A stretch of DNA of 64,000 bases from Lama guanicoe (taxonomy: Eukaryota), in assembly GCA_013239625.1 (NCBI GenBank), contig MU054391.1, forward strand, positions 1,056,001-1,120,000, given 5' to 3'. Below the pieces are notes generated by a model. It worked only from the letters and a program-made list of their open reading frames with translations, was not told the DNA's origin and did no database searches. The position numbers and the translations under genes were made by a program. Below are positions 40,201 to 53,022 of this stretch, in pieces. The first letter of the stretch is position 1, and each line of letters begins with the position of its first letter.

Positions 40201-41387
40201 TCATGGACGTTTAAGTTAGAACCAGAATAAATGACCCTTACGTACCCTGCTGCTGATGGCTCTAAGAATCAGCACTGTCGGTTGGGGATGGAGAAGCGGG
40301 CACCGCGTACCCTGTGGGGGAGAAGGCGTGAGCAAGACTAGGGCACACTCTGCCACGCCCTCTTCTTCTCGCAGTCTCTCTCTTCCCTATCTGTCCTCTC
40401 TCCGTAGACAGATACACAGATGGGGGAGTGAGAGAGAGAGACCCCCTGTGGCGCAGCAGTCTCAGCCCTGGGTGCAGCCTAGGAGAATTCCATTTTCTGC
40501 GCATCGGATACACGTGCAGAAAGCTCACGGCCACGTTCTCTCAAACCAGTCAAATGCTGGAAACAATCCAGATGTCCATTAAGAGGAAAATGAAAAACAA
40601 ACCTGCACATGAAAACATGGATGATTCTTACAAACATAACAGTGAGCAAGAAGGAGTTAAAACAAACAAACAGAACCGAACCCCACTCTACTGATGAGCT
40701 AGTGGGCTGCTCAGAAGGCAGACGGCACAGGAGCTGGTGCTGAGCAGGGCTCAGAACCAGAGCCCTCAGTGAGCCCCATGGCTCTGCTACTCTCTGGGCA
40801 TCTTTGTGCAAGATACTCAGACTCTGTCTTTACCTGTAAAATGGGTGAATACCTGAAGCTAGCTAGCATGCAGGTTTGTCCTGAGGGTAATTTGGTGAAT
40901 GTGTGTGAAGTGTCTGGCAACTTTAAACTGATGATGGTGATGATGATAAATCTTAGGGACACAGAGACAAGAGACAAAAACTTAAAGAAAACTGAAGAAA
41001 CCGTTACCGCAGACGTAGGAGCGGCATTTACCAGAGACGGGAGGGAGGTCCCTGCGCAGGCAGGGGCGCAGGGCTTCGGGGGTTTGATTTTACAGACAAA
41101 ATGTTCATTTGTGTTTCACTCCCTTTTCTATATATGTCTTATACTTAACACACTTGTTTAAAAAATAGAAGAATAGAATAGAATAGAAATGAACCCAAAG
41201 GAAAATAACTTGAGGTGGAAAGTGATGTCAAAGAACTCTTTTCAAAGGTGGCGAGGATGCCTGACGTGAACAGGAGCGCAAAGAGGAGAGACTTAAAGGA
41301 CAGGGGAGAAGTAAGTGCTCACATCCGAACGAGAAATCTCTCAGAAAGAAAATACTGGAGGGAGAAACAGTTGAAGAACTTATGACA

Positions 41388-41560
41388 GTAGATTTTCTAA
41401 AATCAAAACAAAAATAGATTTTCTAAAATCAAAACAAACAAAAATGTGACAATGAATATATGTATGTTCATGTATAACTGAAAAACTGTGCTCTATGCTG
41501 GAAATTGACACAACATTGTAAGCTGACTATAACTCAATAAAAAATGTAAAAAAAAAAAGA
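41388..41560 (+). mobile_element. Short L1 3' tail preceded by a tandem duplication of about 25 bp
   Basis: tagattttctaaaatcaaaacaaa occurs twice, then aatgtgacaatgaatatatg...ctcaataaaaaatgtaaaaaaaaaaa. Confidence 0.8.
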
Positions 41561-42399
41561 TGAAGAATCTCAGATTGAAAGACTCTGAGATGTGTGATCA
41601 AAGAACCACACACACACACCCCTGGGCACAACTTGTGGGCGTGTCCATTTAAAAATAAGACAATTCTGAAAGCTTCCGGAGAAGAGAGAAAAGGTCAAAC
41701 ACAAAGTAACAAAAATCAGGTGGACGTCATGTTTCTGCCGGATACAGCAGAGTCACTAGCAACTCTTTGGACACATGAAAGGGTGGAGCGTCTTACAGTC
41801 TTGCATATTAAGACTTCATGGTCCAGAAAGTGACCTGCATGTTGTGCGTGAGTGAAATAGCGAGCTGTCCATCAGTGAGCTCGCCGCGCCCCCGACCGGC
41901 TTCCAGCCCTCTGACCTCCCCGGGCGCTGCTGTCTCGGGGCCCAAGGTGCCGTCCTCCCCCCACCCCCGCCGTGTGCTGCCCACTCTCCGAAGGGAGTTT
42001 TTCTTGCTGTCACCGCAACCACAGCTCCACCCCAGTCCTGCCACTTTGCTGTCCCCCGTTGCCCCTGTGCTTGTGGCAAAGTGGCAGCTGCAAACTGGCC
42101 TGGACCAGACTGAGGGCTGGGGCGTTGGAGGGGGTCACAGATTCGGCTGGGGCTGCAGTTGAGGGAACTGCAGGAGCTGAGGAGACACCTGCAGAAATTC
42201 CTCAGTATCCTGGCAAATGACCTGGTTAATGAGCCCTTTGGTGAATTGGTCATTTGTTGAATTGATTTTCAGTTGATTAGCTTTTGGCAAATTGGTTACT
42301 CAGCCGTGGAAAATTGATTTTTCAGACAATAGCACCTAGCTGACAGCCAGGCCCACTTCTGGGGTAAGTGGCCTCTCCCCTGCCCCCCAGGCTCTGGTG

Positions 42400-43100
42400 G
42401 AGGGGCCCTGGGGTTTCAGGCGCCATCCCTCACTCTGGACAGCGCGGGGAAGGGAAAGGCCAGGGCCGGGAAGATTTCCCACGGAGGATCTCTGCCCCCC
42501 AGATGCGGGGAAGGAACGCGCGGACCCCTCGAGCGGAGGTCCGGAGGGCAAGCGGGTGTTAACCAGAAGTGGGACATGTTCCGGACACAGGCTGTGCAGG
42601 GCCACGCGCCTGAGCAGGGGAAGGGAGCCCGGGCTGGCTGCGCAGTCGGAGCCCAGCCGCCGACGGGCCAGAAACGCAGCGGGAGCTCGCGCGCGTGCGG
42701 GGATTTCTCCCCCCAGAGCAAGGGGGCCTTGAACCGGGCTACACGTTCATTTTCAACAGATGCTGTGGATGGAGTGCACAGAATTGTGGGGCAGAGCACC
42801 GGGAGACCAGCTTAGGAAGCATGAAGCCGTCCGAGTGAGAGATGACAGGCACTTGGACCGAATGGATGAAGTAGAGGTGCCGAGGCCAGAGAGGCTGAGG
42901 AACGTCTAAGAGGAAAAACGGACGAGCCCTGGAGATGACGCGGGTGTGCAGAGCGGAGGGGGTGCGCGAAGAACACTTAGAGGATCGATGACGGAATTTT
43001 CATTGTAATGAGGCCGATGCTGAATATTTTGCTGACGTCTAGGGCGGAGCCAGACGCTCCACTCACGCACGTCACCCCTTCATCCGGCACATAAAGCTGC
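42400..43100. promoter_or_regulatory. CpG-rich segment
   Basis: High CpG density by inspection; no clear exon found. Confidence 0.45.
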
Positions 43101-43159
43101 GAGACGGGCCCTTTTGTGTCCCCTGCTTTAGGGATGAGGACATTGAGGTCTCCACCACC

Positions 43160-43650
43160 ACAGTCCTTTAGGAACATCCTGTGAGCCACGTGGGTTGTTG
43201 ACAATTTTCTAGCAGCCGCATTCACAGCACTAAAATGCAAGGGGTGAAGTTTGTTTGTAATATATTTGTTTACTTAACCCAATACATAAATATCATTTCA
43301 ACACTTAACCTATATAAAAATGATTAACGAGATGTTTACATTCTTTTTCCGTAGCACGTCTTCCAGGTGAAGCGTGTATCTTACACTTTGGGGCGCCTCA
43401 CGACAAAGACGCCAGAACAGTTTCTTACCAGAAACTGTTCATCTGCATTTGGGTTTCGCAAGATTGACAGCTGAAGAACTCGATTCGCATTCTCAAGTTG
43501 TTCTAAACACATTTGAGATTTTTCCAATAACTGAACTAAGCCTCAGCTTTTACATTCACATTAATTAGAATTAAACGCAGGTGAGGACCCAGCTTCTGGG
43601 CGGCGGCAGCCCATCCCAGACACGCAGCAGCGCCGACGGACAGCGCGGCC
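43160..43650. mobile_element. Charlie1/MER33-type hAT DNA transposon remnant
   Basis: ttttctagcagccgcatt...ttaacccaatacat...tatcatttcaaca...acagcgcgg motifs. Confidence 0.65.
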
Positions 43651-43702
43651 GCGAAGGCGGGGACGTCCTTCCCAGGGTCTCTCCGTCGTAAATTGCAGGG
43701 CT

Positions 43703-44096
43703 GCTGTTTTTCTTTCTTCTTCTGCATACCGCTTATATGTGGGATCTGAAAAAAGAAAAAGGAAAAAAAGAAAAAAGAGGACACTAATGAACTCCTCTAC
43801 AGAACAGAAACAGACTCGCAGGCACAGTAAACAATCTTATGGTTACCGGGGAAAGGGGGTGGGAAGGGATAAATTTGGGAGTCTGGGACTTGCAAATGTT
43901 AGCCACTCTATATAAAAATAGATAAAGAAACAAATTTCTTCTGTACAGCACAAGGAGCTATATTCAATATAATAACCTTTAATGAAAAAGAATACGAAAA
44001 CAATATATGCCTGTGTATGCATGACTGGGACATTGTGCTGTGCACCAGAGACTGACACATTGTAACTGTGCTTCAATCTTAAAATAAATAAATGAA
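43703..44096 (+). mobile_element. L1 3' end with a 5' inversion of about 22 bp
   Basis: L1 3' UTR and A-rich tail. Imperfect 14-bp TSD taaattgcagggct (43689-43702) and taaattgtatggct (44097-44110). Confidence 0.85.
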
Positions 44097-44129
44097 TAAA
44101 TTGTATGGCTAGGATCTTGAGTCCAAGAA

Positions 44130-45400
44130 CTGTCACCCGAGAGCCCACCTTGCGCTGCGTCTCCGAGCCACGCGCCCCGCCCACCCTTCCGACTTCGGCC
44201 GCGGGCGATTCTTGAGCCGTCGCTCTTCCTGGGCGATTTCTGGGCGATTCCTGAGCCGTCGCTCTTCCTCTGCCCTCAGGATGTCGGCTGGGGCTCCTCC
44301 GCGCCTAGAACACCTTCCTCTGCTCGCTGTGTGACTGGTTCCTCTTCCTTCCGCTTCATCTCCAAGGCCCCTGCTCTCAGAGCGCGCCCCGCCCGCCTGA
44401 GCTAAAGTGGGTTCTCCCTTGTCAGGGCTCCCGCGGCCGCATGAAGGCAGGGCCCTCTAACCGTGCGGGTAGAAATTCGTGGTTTCAATCGTGTTCCGCG
44501 CTTCCCTCCAGCAGCCGTGCGCGCGTGGGAGGCGGCGGAGGTTTCGTTCTTGGACCGGCGCCGGGAAGTGTCCTGCGGGAGAGCCGTGCGTCTTCCAACC
44601 CCGCGGTGAGACGCGTGGAGTCCGGAGTCGACTCTGTGAGCGCGAAGCTCTGCGGCGCGGTGGGGCTGGGCCCGGAGCTACGTCGGGGCCGCGAGCACGC
44701 GGGCGGGCACCCAGGGGAGCTGCGCGGCCAAGCCGGCCAGCCGCCTCGCAGCCCTTAGAATGAGTGAGAGGAGAGACTTAATCGTGAAACTGGGTGAAAA
44801 AGAAAGCCTGTCATATTTTATAAATTAAAAGGACAAGACGCAGCTTCAAAAGTACCAGCTTTGAAGATGAAAGTGGACTTGGACTCCGCGCTCTCTGAGG
44901 TCGCCGCCCGGGGTTCTCCCGACCGCCGCGGGGTCCAGGGCGCGGCCGTCCCCCCCAGCTGTGCGCAAGCGCCCGGCGTGTCCCAGCCCGCAGGGTGGTC
45001 CCCCAGGGCCAGCCTCCCTCAGCTTCCAACCCCAGCTTCCAGTGACGCTGTGATGGTCCCCGGCCCAGGGCCCCTCCCAGGCGGCACGCAGGGGAGACGG
45101 GTCCTTCTGCCCTCCCCTGTCCTTTCCCTGCTTCCTCGGGGGCGAGGACAAACCCTGTTCCGGAGTAGCGCGCAGAGCAGACGTCTAGATCGGCCGCGCC
45201 TGCCGCAGCAACGTGAGCCTCTGGTTGTTTCCCTGGTTCCAGAACGCTGGGCTCTCCTGTGACTCAGGGTCGCCCGGCCGCTTTCTGTATCACATTCCAG
45301 TAACTGGTGCTGAGCTTACGTTCTCTTTCCGCTGGATGTCCTCCCCCGGCCCCGGCCCCTTGCACGCAGGCCGTCGCTCCTGGGCCCCCATGTCACCTCG
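44130..45400 (+). promoter_or_regulatory. Intragenic CpG island with a first-exon-like signature
   Basis: Very dense CpG; GGAAGTG ETS-like site at ~44564-44570 followed by a CGCG|GTGAGA donor at ~44606. Confidence 0.55.
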
Positions 45401-47089
45401 TGGGGAGGGTCTGCTCCCCCCTCCACCCCTCCCTGGTGCCAAGTGAACAGCAGGGCACGTTTTCACGGGTAACTTCTTGCCTGACTTCCCAAGGCTGAAA
45501 ATATTAATCCCCACGTGGTCCCAACAACTCCTCTAAGAAGGTGGAAAAATCATCATTTCAATCAAATTCAGTCTGTTTTCATATTGCAGAAGGGTCTAGG
45601 CGAGAAGCCCCCGGCCAGGGCTGTGTTTGCTCTGTGTACATCGGCACCCGGCACCGGGAACGGCTTTCAGCGAGTGGGGGCGGGGGGCGTCGGCATCGGG
45701 CAGCCAGAGACGCAGGGGCTACTGGGCCTCAGCACGGAATCAGAAATTCAGATTCAGAATCCCTCTGAACGGTGCCCATATGTCCCGACTGACTGCAACA
45801 GACCTGACTTCAAATATTCTGCCCCATTTTCAGAGCATGTGTCAGACCATATGTCCACATTTATGTTTAAGAAAATACGATATTCATTTCTCTAACAAGA
45901 AAGTAGGCCCAAAGCGTGGAGAAGTGCTCCTGACTTGAAACCCTGCTCTCTCTCCAGGCTGAGGGTCAGATGCGAAAGCTCAGGGATCCTGGGCGGCTCT
46001 GGGAGCAGCCTCTGCCCGGCCAGCGCCAGTGAGAAACATCAGCCTGCCTGCCCTGCTCGGATCCAGACCGAAAGCGTTCTGATCTCATCTCCATGCCACG
46101 ATTTTTAGTTTACGTGATCCATGGAATCAACCCTGCCGTTTTGCTCAATTTATAGCAAAGTAGACAGATGCAGTCTCTCCTTAAGCGGGATTATCGGAGC
46201 ATCTACAAATGGGCACAGCCCTGCTGCCTTTTCCTGCCTTCCGGGTTGGCTTATACACGCATGTCCACATCCCTGTGCAGCAACGGAAACAAAGGACAGG
46301 GACCAATTAGCTGGTTCTCGTCCAGTGTGTTACATAGATCTTATTCTATGCTGTCTTCCATAAGGAGGTACTTGCGTACGGAAAGGAGCCATTCTTTAGG
46401 ACGGCCATAAATGACAGAGCCGAGCAGTGTACGGTGCTGTCCATAAATTTTCCTCTGAATTCTGAAGGTCAAAATTTAACACCATGAGGCCGTTATGTCA
46501 CTTAACAAAGGTCCCAAAATACCACTGGGACGCATTGACCACCTAGAAAATATGTATTCATGTAAAAACAAAATACCACGCCACCACTGGGCCGTTGTTC
46601 AATTATTTCAAAACAAGATTTATCGCTGAGTTCAAACGGCGTGTTGTAACTTGATGAACTTATATCTGTATTTATTGAACATTTTCTGATTAAAGGAAAG
46701 CTGAAAATCTGATAGAGATAATCTAATTATAATATCTAATTACAGAATGAAATAAATCACTAAAACCAGCTTAATGAATCTTAAATATTAATTAATATTC
46801 CGACAAGAAGCTGGAATTTTGACACTCCAGTCTTGCAGTAAAAGCACAGGAGCACCTAAGCATGCAGGATGTCTGTCATTTTGAATTTGAAATTCCTCAC
46901 ACTTTCTGCATTGTTCAAATGAGGGCTGCGTTCTTTGAAGCTTTTGTTAATTGTGGGCCAGCTCCATCTCTAAAATGCTGTTAATGACACTCACCACGTG
47001 AAAATTCTTAAAGAGAGAGAGTTTTGCTAAAATCTTTTGGGGTGGGGGACCTGCAGATGGCCTTAGTCAGTAGTGTTGGGGAAAAGTGT

Positions 47090-47195
47090 GTTTTTTTTTT
47101 AATTGAAGTAGAGTCAGTTTACAATGTTGTGTCAGTTTCTGGTGCACAGCATCATGTTTCAGTCAGACATGTACACACACATATTCCTTTTCATA
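47090..47195 (-). mobile_element. Short L1 3' tail
   Basis: Poly-T then ttgaagtagagtcagtttacaatgttgtgtcagtttctggtgcacagc, the reverse complement of the tail at 44.0 kb. Confidence 0.8.
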
Positions 47196-48649
47196 CACAA
47201 AACGTGATCTTTAATTTTTATCGGGAGGATAGCAATGAAAGATCTCCTGAAAGGAAGGATCCGGAGACAGGTGCAGAGCAACCACCCACGGAGGAGTCGC
47301 CGCCTGCACAGGACTCTTTCTGACATGAAGCGCAGGCCGGCGTGGAGGTGGAGGCCCGCACATCCCGGAGCGTCATCCCTGGCCCCGTCTCTCCCCGTGT
47401 GAATCAGAGGCGGTGGCGCTGTGTCTGCTTTGTCTGAGGGCGAGGGGAGTTGCTACCTGTCGGTCAGGCGGAGCGGGGCCCAGCGCTCCCAGTGTCTGGC
47501 AGACCCTGTGTTCCTCTCCCCTCATGGAGGCTGGACGTCCCAGACCCACACCCACCGACTTTATTCTCAGCTGCCTGCAGCATCACCTGTGATGCAGGTT
47601 CCGATACGCAGCGTGGCGACCCCGCACATGGACCAGCAGGAAACAGGTGAGGAAGGAGGAGAGAAATGCTCAGACTTCAGTCAACGGCGTGGGTTGCAGG
47701 GAAGAGGCTGGGGAACTCAGGCTTCATGAAGGCGGAAAACAGCACTGGCACCGTGTCCACAGACTAACACCAGTCCTGTCAAAGGATCGTTGCATTATGG
47801 TGACACCGATCCCCGAGGGAAGAGCTGGTGACTATTTCAGGAGCTTGTCAGAAACTTCAGAAAAGGGGCTTTGCCTGAAGCTTATCTCAGACTGCATCTA
47901 GGTCGCGCCAGGCGTGAACCGCAAAACCGACTCATCCACCCGCCCTGCGGATTTCCAGACAACAGACGGGGCGGGAGCGTCTGTGTCTCTGCCACCTGCC
48001 CCACACCTCGGTGTCACAGCTACACGGCTGATCCAGAAGAAATTTTAGGGTCCTGTGACAAGTGCCTGGTGCCAAGGCCATCCTGTCCAATAAAACACGG
48101 TTACTCCAACCTTGATACAATTTGTCTCTAAAACACAGTGTAAGTAAGTGAATAAGAAAGAAGTCTGAAGAGGCTGTGTCTTATTCTCAGAACCCCAACT
48201 AGCCGAGCAAGTCCACCCGCAGGCGGGCAGGTGGACGACAGGCAGCCGGGACTGTCTCGCTGTGTGGGCTTACTGACCCCTTGACGCCTCTGAGACTTAA
48301 CTGTTTCCTTGAAACTTAAACATTTTCCTTAAAATCGAGATGAGACGGGCCTGACTCCTCTCTGATTCTGTTGTTCCACTGCTTCTTCCTCTGTGAAAAA
48401 ATCTTCAAGTCACTTAAAACCAAAACAAAAGCCAGCACTGAAGGCCCTGTGGCTCCTTCCCCACGCTGTGCGGCTGCGCCCTCCCCAAGGTCACAGATGC
48501 CCCGAGGAGGGAAGCCCCCCGCGGGAGCGCCAGCCTTCCCTGCCTCCGGCGCTTTGTCGTTTCCTCCTCCCTGGGTTCTCTCCTTCTTTCTAGATCCCCA
48601 TTCTCAGGGGATGCCTGCTTTTCCCTCCGCTGCTCACCCCCACTGCCAG

Positions 48650-49210
48650 TTATTTGCAGACGTTCTCCAGACTGAGTCTGCGCTTTTATATACCCTCCTG
48701 GGCTACACACATCGTATGTGATTGTATCCACCTGTAGCTTCACTCACCACCTCCAGGCTGCAAATCCCAAAGATTCACGTGTGCTCTGGATTGCTGTATT
48801 AAACTTTTAGACGCAGCCTCCTGGCAGGCCTCAGGACGCTTCCACCTGGGTGTGCACTGTGCACATTAAGACAAGCACCTGAAGAGGCTAATTAGTGTTG
48901 CCCTGTACCCATCTCCTCCTGTAAACAGAAACATCACTCATTTGTTATTAAAATGAAAAGCCCCGGAGTTTGTCCTAGAATTTCCCCCTCTACTTTCTAT
49001 AATCTATTTCCTGGTCCCTTGATCGTCAAGACCTGCCCCCCTTTCCTTTGCGTATGAAGTGCTCTCCTTTCTTGCGATGCCGTCCGCCATGACTTTATGT
49101 GGACCTTGCCATTTCTCACCTCGCCTGCACCAATACTGTACACCGTGCTCTCCTGCCTCTGGTCTGTCTCCTTTCCAGTTCATCCTTCACAGTTTCAAAG
49201 TGACCTTTTC
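48650..49210. mobile_element. L2 remnant
   Basis: Matches L2 RT-end and 3' motifs (cttccacctgggtgt, cctgcctctggtct, catccttcaca). Confidence 0.6.
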
Positions 49211-50627
49211 TTGAACCTTTTTTTCTTTCTTTTTTATTGAAGCATAGTCATTTTATTAAGGGAAAAAGTTCATTGACAAGCCATTCAAAAATGCAACTTA
49301 AAAGAAAGGATCCATTTTGAACTGGAAGCGGACAACTTAAAATTTACATAGTACCCAGTGTTGGCAAACTATTTAAAGAAGCAAATGATGGCAGAGTTAC
49401 AATACAATACTCGTAAGCAATTAGAAAGCATGTTGTAAAAAATAATGAATTCAGTAAGAAAGTGTTTACTATCTAGTGTTAAGTGACTAAGGAGGATTGC
49501 CCAATAATACATGCGACAAGTTCCAGTTTTATGTTTAAATTGTGCATATGTGCATTAGAATCCTGGGAAAGATAAACACAGAGGAGTGGGAAGAGGGGAG
49601 TTTTTATATTCTTTGTTGTAATTTTTCTATATTTTTCAAAGCTTAAAATAGTACAATTTTAATACCGAGAAAGAAAACAATGCTATTAAAAAGAGAAGGA
49701 GAAAGCTCTGAAACAGGGTCTAGCGCGTATTACAGAGCTCACAACATTTTAAGAGAAGCCTCATTTGTCACTGAGAAAGCAGAGCCTTGTTCCACAAGTG
49801 CTGCTGGTGGAAGTGGGTGGTTATTTGAAATGAAGCAGATGAACAAACAAATAAAATGCAGGTCTTCCCCTCACACCATGAGCTAAAACACATTCCAGTC
49901 AAATTAAAGATAAACCTTAGTTGAGTTTTCTGGTTAATGATGGTGGATCGGCCCCATGTATTTACATATCCTTCTTCCTAAAATAGTGGGGAATTAGAAA
50001 AAAAAATCTTGAAATCCATAGCAACCAAAAGGATGAAGGAAAAATGGAAAAATGTGGATGGAGAAGACATCATTTATTTAGCAGGAAGGAGGAAGCCACA
50101 AATAACACACCTGTGTAGGCTGATGTCAAAGGGGAGCAAGCTGACGGGCCAAGCAGAACCTCCGAGGTGGCAGGAAGCGCTGGTCATTGGCAGCACGGAG
50201 GTGCGGGGCTGAGCAGGAAAGCCACGGGCAGGCGCGCTGGTGGGGCGTCCATGCGTGGAGCAGCCGTGCCCTTGGTTACCCTTCCCGACCCGATGCCTTC
50301 AGCACCATGCTGACCAGCCTCCTCTCGGCCTCACCCATGTCTCTGGAGAAGAGAATGTAGGTTTACTTTACAGGGAAGTAGACTGAGGCCCTGAGAATAG
50401 GGTGGTCTTTAAATCTTACATTAAAGACACACCCAAGGACAATTAGTATTTTAACTCCTAGAACACACCCCCCAGGCGTGTACACCCAGGCAAGAGACTG
50501 AAGGCAGTTCTCTGGGGAAATCACGTAGTGCCTGTTCCATCAAAGTGCGTTCACAGTCCTAAAATGCACGGGCTCCCCACACCACTCCCCCAGCCCAATT
50601 GCTCTCCAGTGATGTTAAGCAGCCAAG

Positions 50628-51414
50628 GATCAAAAAGCACATGAAAAAATGCTCAATATCACTAATTATCAGAGAAATGCAAATCAAAACTACAATGAGA
50701 TATCACCTCACACCAGTCAGAATGGCCGTCATTCAAAAATCCACAAATGACAAATGCTGGAGAGGCTGTGGAGAAAGGGGAACCCTCCTACACTGCTGGT
50801 GGGAATGCAGTTTGGTGCAGCCACTGTGGAAAACAGTGTGGAGATTCCTCAAAAGACTAGGAATAGACTTACCATATGACCCAGGAATCCCACTCCTGGG
50901 CTTGTATCCAGAAGGAAATCTACTTCAGGATGACACCTGCACTCCAATGTTCATAGCAGCACTATTTACAATAGCCAAAACATGGAAACAGCCTAAATGT
51001 AGCAACATGGATGATCCTGGAGAATGTCATTCTAAGTGAAGTAAGCCAGAAAGAGAAAGAAAAATACCATATGAGATCGCTCATATGTGGAATCTAAAAA
51101 ACAAACAAACAAACAAAAACAAAGCGTAAATACAGGACAGAAATAGACTCATGGACAGAGAATACAGACTTGTGGTTACCAGGGGGGTGGAGGGTGGGAA
51201 GGGATAGACTAGGATTTCAAAATTGTAGAATAGATAAACAAGATTACACTGCATAGCACAGGGAAATATACACAAAATGTTATGATAACTCACAGAGAAA
51301 AAAATGTGACAATGAGTGTGTATATGTCCATGAATGACTGAAAAATTGTGCTGATCACTGGAATTTGACACAACATTGTAAAATGATTATAAATCAATAA
51401 AAAATGTTAAAAAA
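50628..51414 (+). mobile_element. Young 5'-truncated L1 with an internal deletion at 51000/51001
   Basis: Near-identical to the 23383-24995 copy ([17 protein letters not shown]...WKQPK) but lacks the PSTGDWIKK...TPF segment. Confidence 0.95.
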
Positions 51415-51482
51415 AGAAATAGCTATTAAAATTAAAAATATGAGAAGTCACATTAAACAATTCTCTGTCTCAATTCTCTCAT

Positions 51483-51508
51483 ACACACACACACACACAC
51501 ACACACAC
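51483..51508. repeat. (CA)n microsatellite
   Basis: Seen directly. Confidence 0.9.
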
Positions 51509-52606
51509 CCCTAGCAATGGAAAAAGTAGAAAAGGGTTTACTAAAGACTTCCACGAAAAGAAAGGTGAAAAAATTCAAATCTATGGAAGAGGTCACAAAT
51601 TGGAAGGGCCTTGGCCTCGTTAAGGAAGTCATCCATGCGAGATGATAGCAAAGACTTGCCTTCACATTCTGACGGGAAAAATATTACCATGCAGAATTTT
51701 ATACCTAGCCAGGTTATCAAATGACTGTGAAATACATAGAGTAAAAGAATTTTCAAAAATTCAGGGATCCACACTGCATTGTATACCTGTAATTTATTGT
51801 AAGTGAACCACACTTCAATTTTTTTTAAGTATTGATATGAGCAATTTGAGTTTTCAGTTTCTTTTAAAGTCAAGTTGCCCACCAGACAGTCCAATAGACA
51901 CCATCTGTTATGTCAGGAGCAAGTTTCTCATCAATTTTGAATCTGTCATCTGTGACCATAGATCAGAAATTTAAAAGTTCTGTTATGTTAAAATTACTCA
52001 GTTTCGTTCCTATAGTTACTTAAAAAAAGACACAATCTGCTGAGTCAAAACTAAAAAAAAAAAGAAAAATTCAAGGATTCGGGAAACCTGACCATCACGT
52101 GCTCTTCCTCTGGTAGATTACAGAGAGTGTACTTCAAAGGCAGGTGAGAGAAAGTCAAGGACAAGCGAGGTACCGACTGCAGGAAACACCGCCCAGCGCC
52201 GGGGCACGTAAGCTGAGCGTCTGCGTGTCAGCAGTGTCGTGGGGCAGACAACAGCTGTGTGGTGGGGGAAGGAGAGCAGAAAGCCCTGGAGAGGGAGTGC
52301 TCAGGAAAGGACCGTTCTCAACCCAGATCCCTGGATGCAGGGGCTGGCTCTACTGCTCTGCTTTATACAAGGGGCTCAAGCACCCACAGACTGCGGTGTG
52401 ACGGGGGTCCTGGAACCAGCCCCATGGGGACAGAGGGGCGACTGCATTTGCTACAACAGGTCATTTGGCAGAAAATATTACAAGTATGGTACAGCCTGGG
52501 GATCCTTGAGAAAAGAATTAAAAAAAAATATGGAAGAAATAGCGTAGGCGTAGGTGACTACTAGTGTAGGTGTCTACTAGTGTTGCCATTGAAAGTCTAC
52601 ATAGTT

Positions 52607-53022
52607 GTGCTGTGGGCTGTGCGGTGTCCCCTGCACAGACCTGGCAGAACCCTAGGCCTGGTCCATATGAATGTGACCTTACTTGGAAACAGACCCTTTG
52701 GAGACGTAATCGAGTTAAGATGAAGTCACTAGGATGGACCCTTCCAACACGACTGGTATCTTTACGAGAAGAGAAGACAGGCAGAGAGAACTCCTGGGAG
52801 ACAGGAGTCAACGCAGCTGCAGACACGGATTCCAAAGGTCGCCAGCAAATCGCCAGAGCCCAGAAAGAGGCAGTGGACCCCCTACGGGCTTCAGGGGGAG
52901 TGGGAGCTGCTGGCACTTTGATTTAGGGCTTCTGGCCGCCAGAATTATGGGACAGTACGTTCCTGTTGTTTTAAGCCACCTGGTTTGTGGTCATTTTTAT
53001 AGCAGCCCTAGGAGACGAGAGC
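52607..53022 (+). mobile_element. MLT1 (MaLR) solo LTR
   Basis: gaatgtgaccttacttggaaacag...gtaatcgagttaagatgaagtca...ttttaagccacctggtttgtggtcatt...agcagccctagga. Confidence 0.85.

Noticed and set aside
48594..48850. Dynein-like peptides (LLYTLLGYTH, ALDCCIKLL)
   Set aside because: The nucleotide sequence matches an L2 remnant, so the similarity is likely coincidental.
49717..49797. Dynein-like exon SAYYRAHNILRE...EPC
   Set aside because: No pyrimidine tract, and the region aligns with old L1 ORF2.
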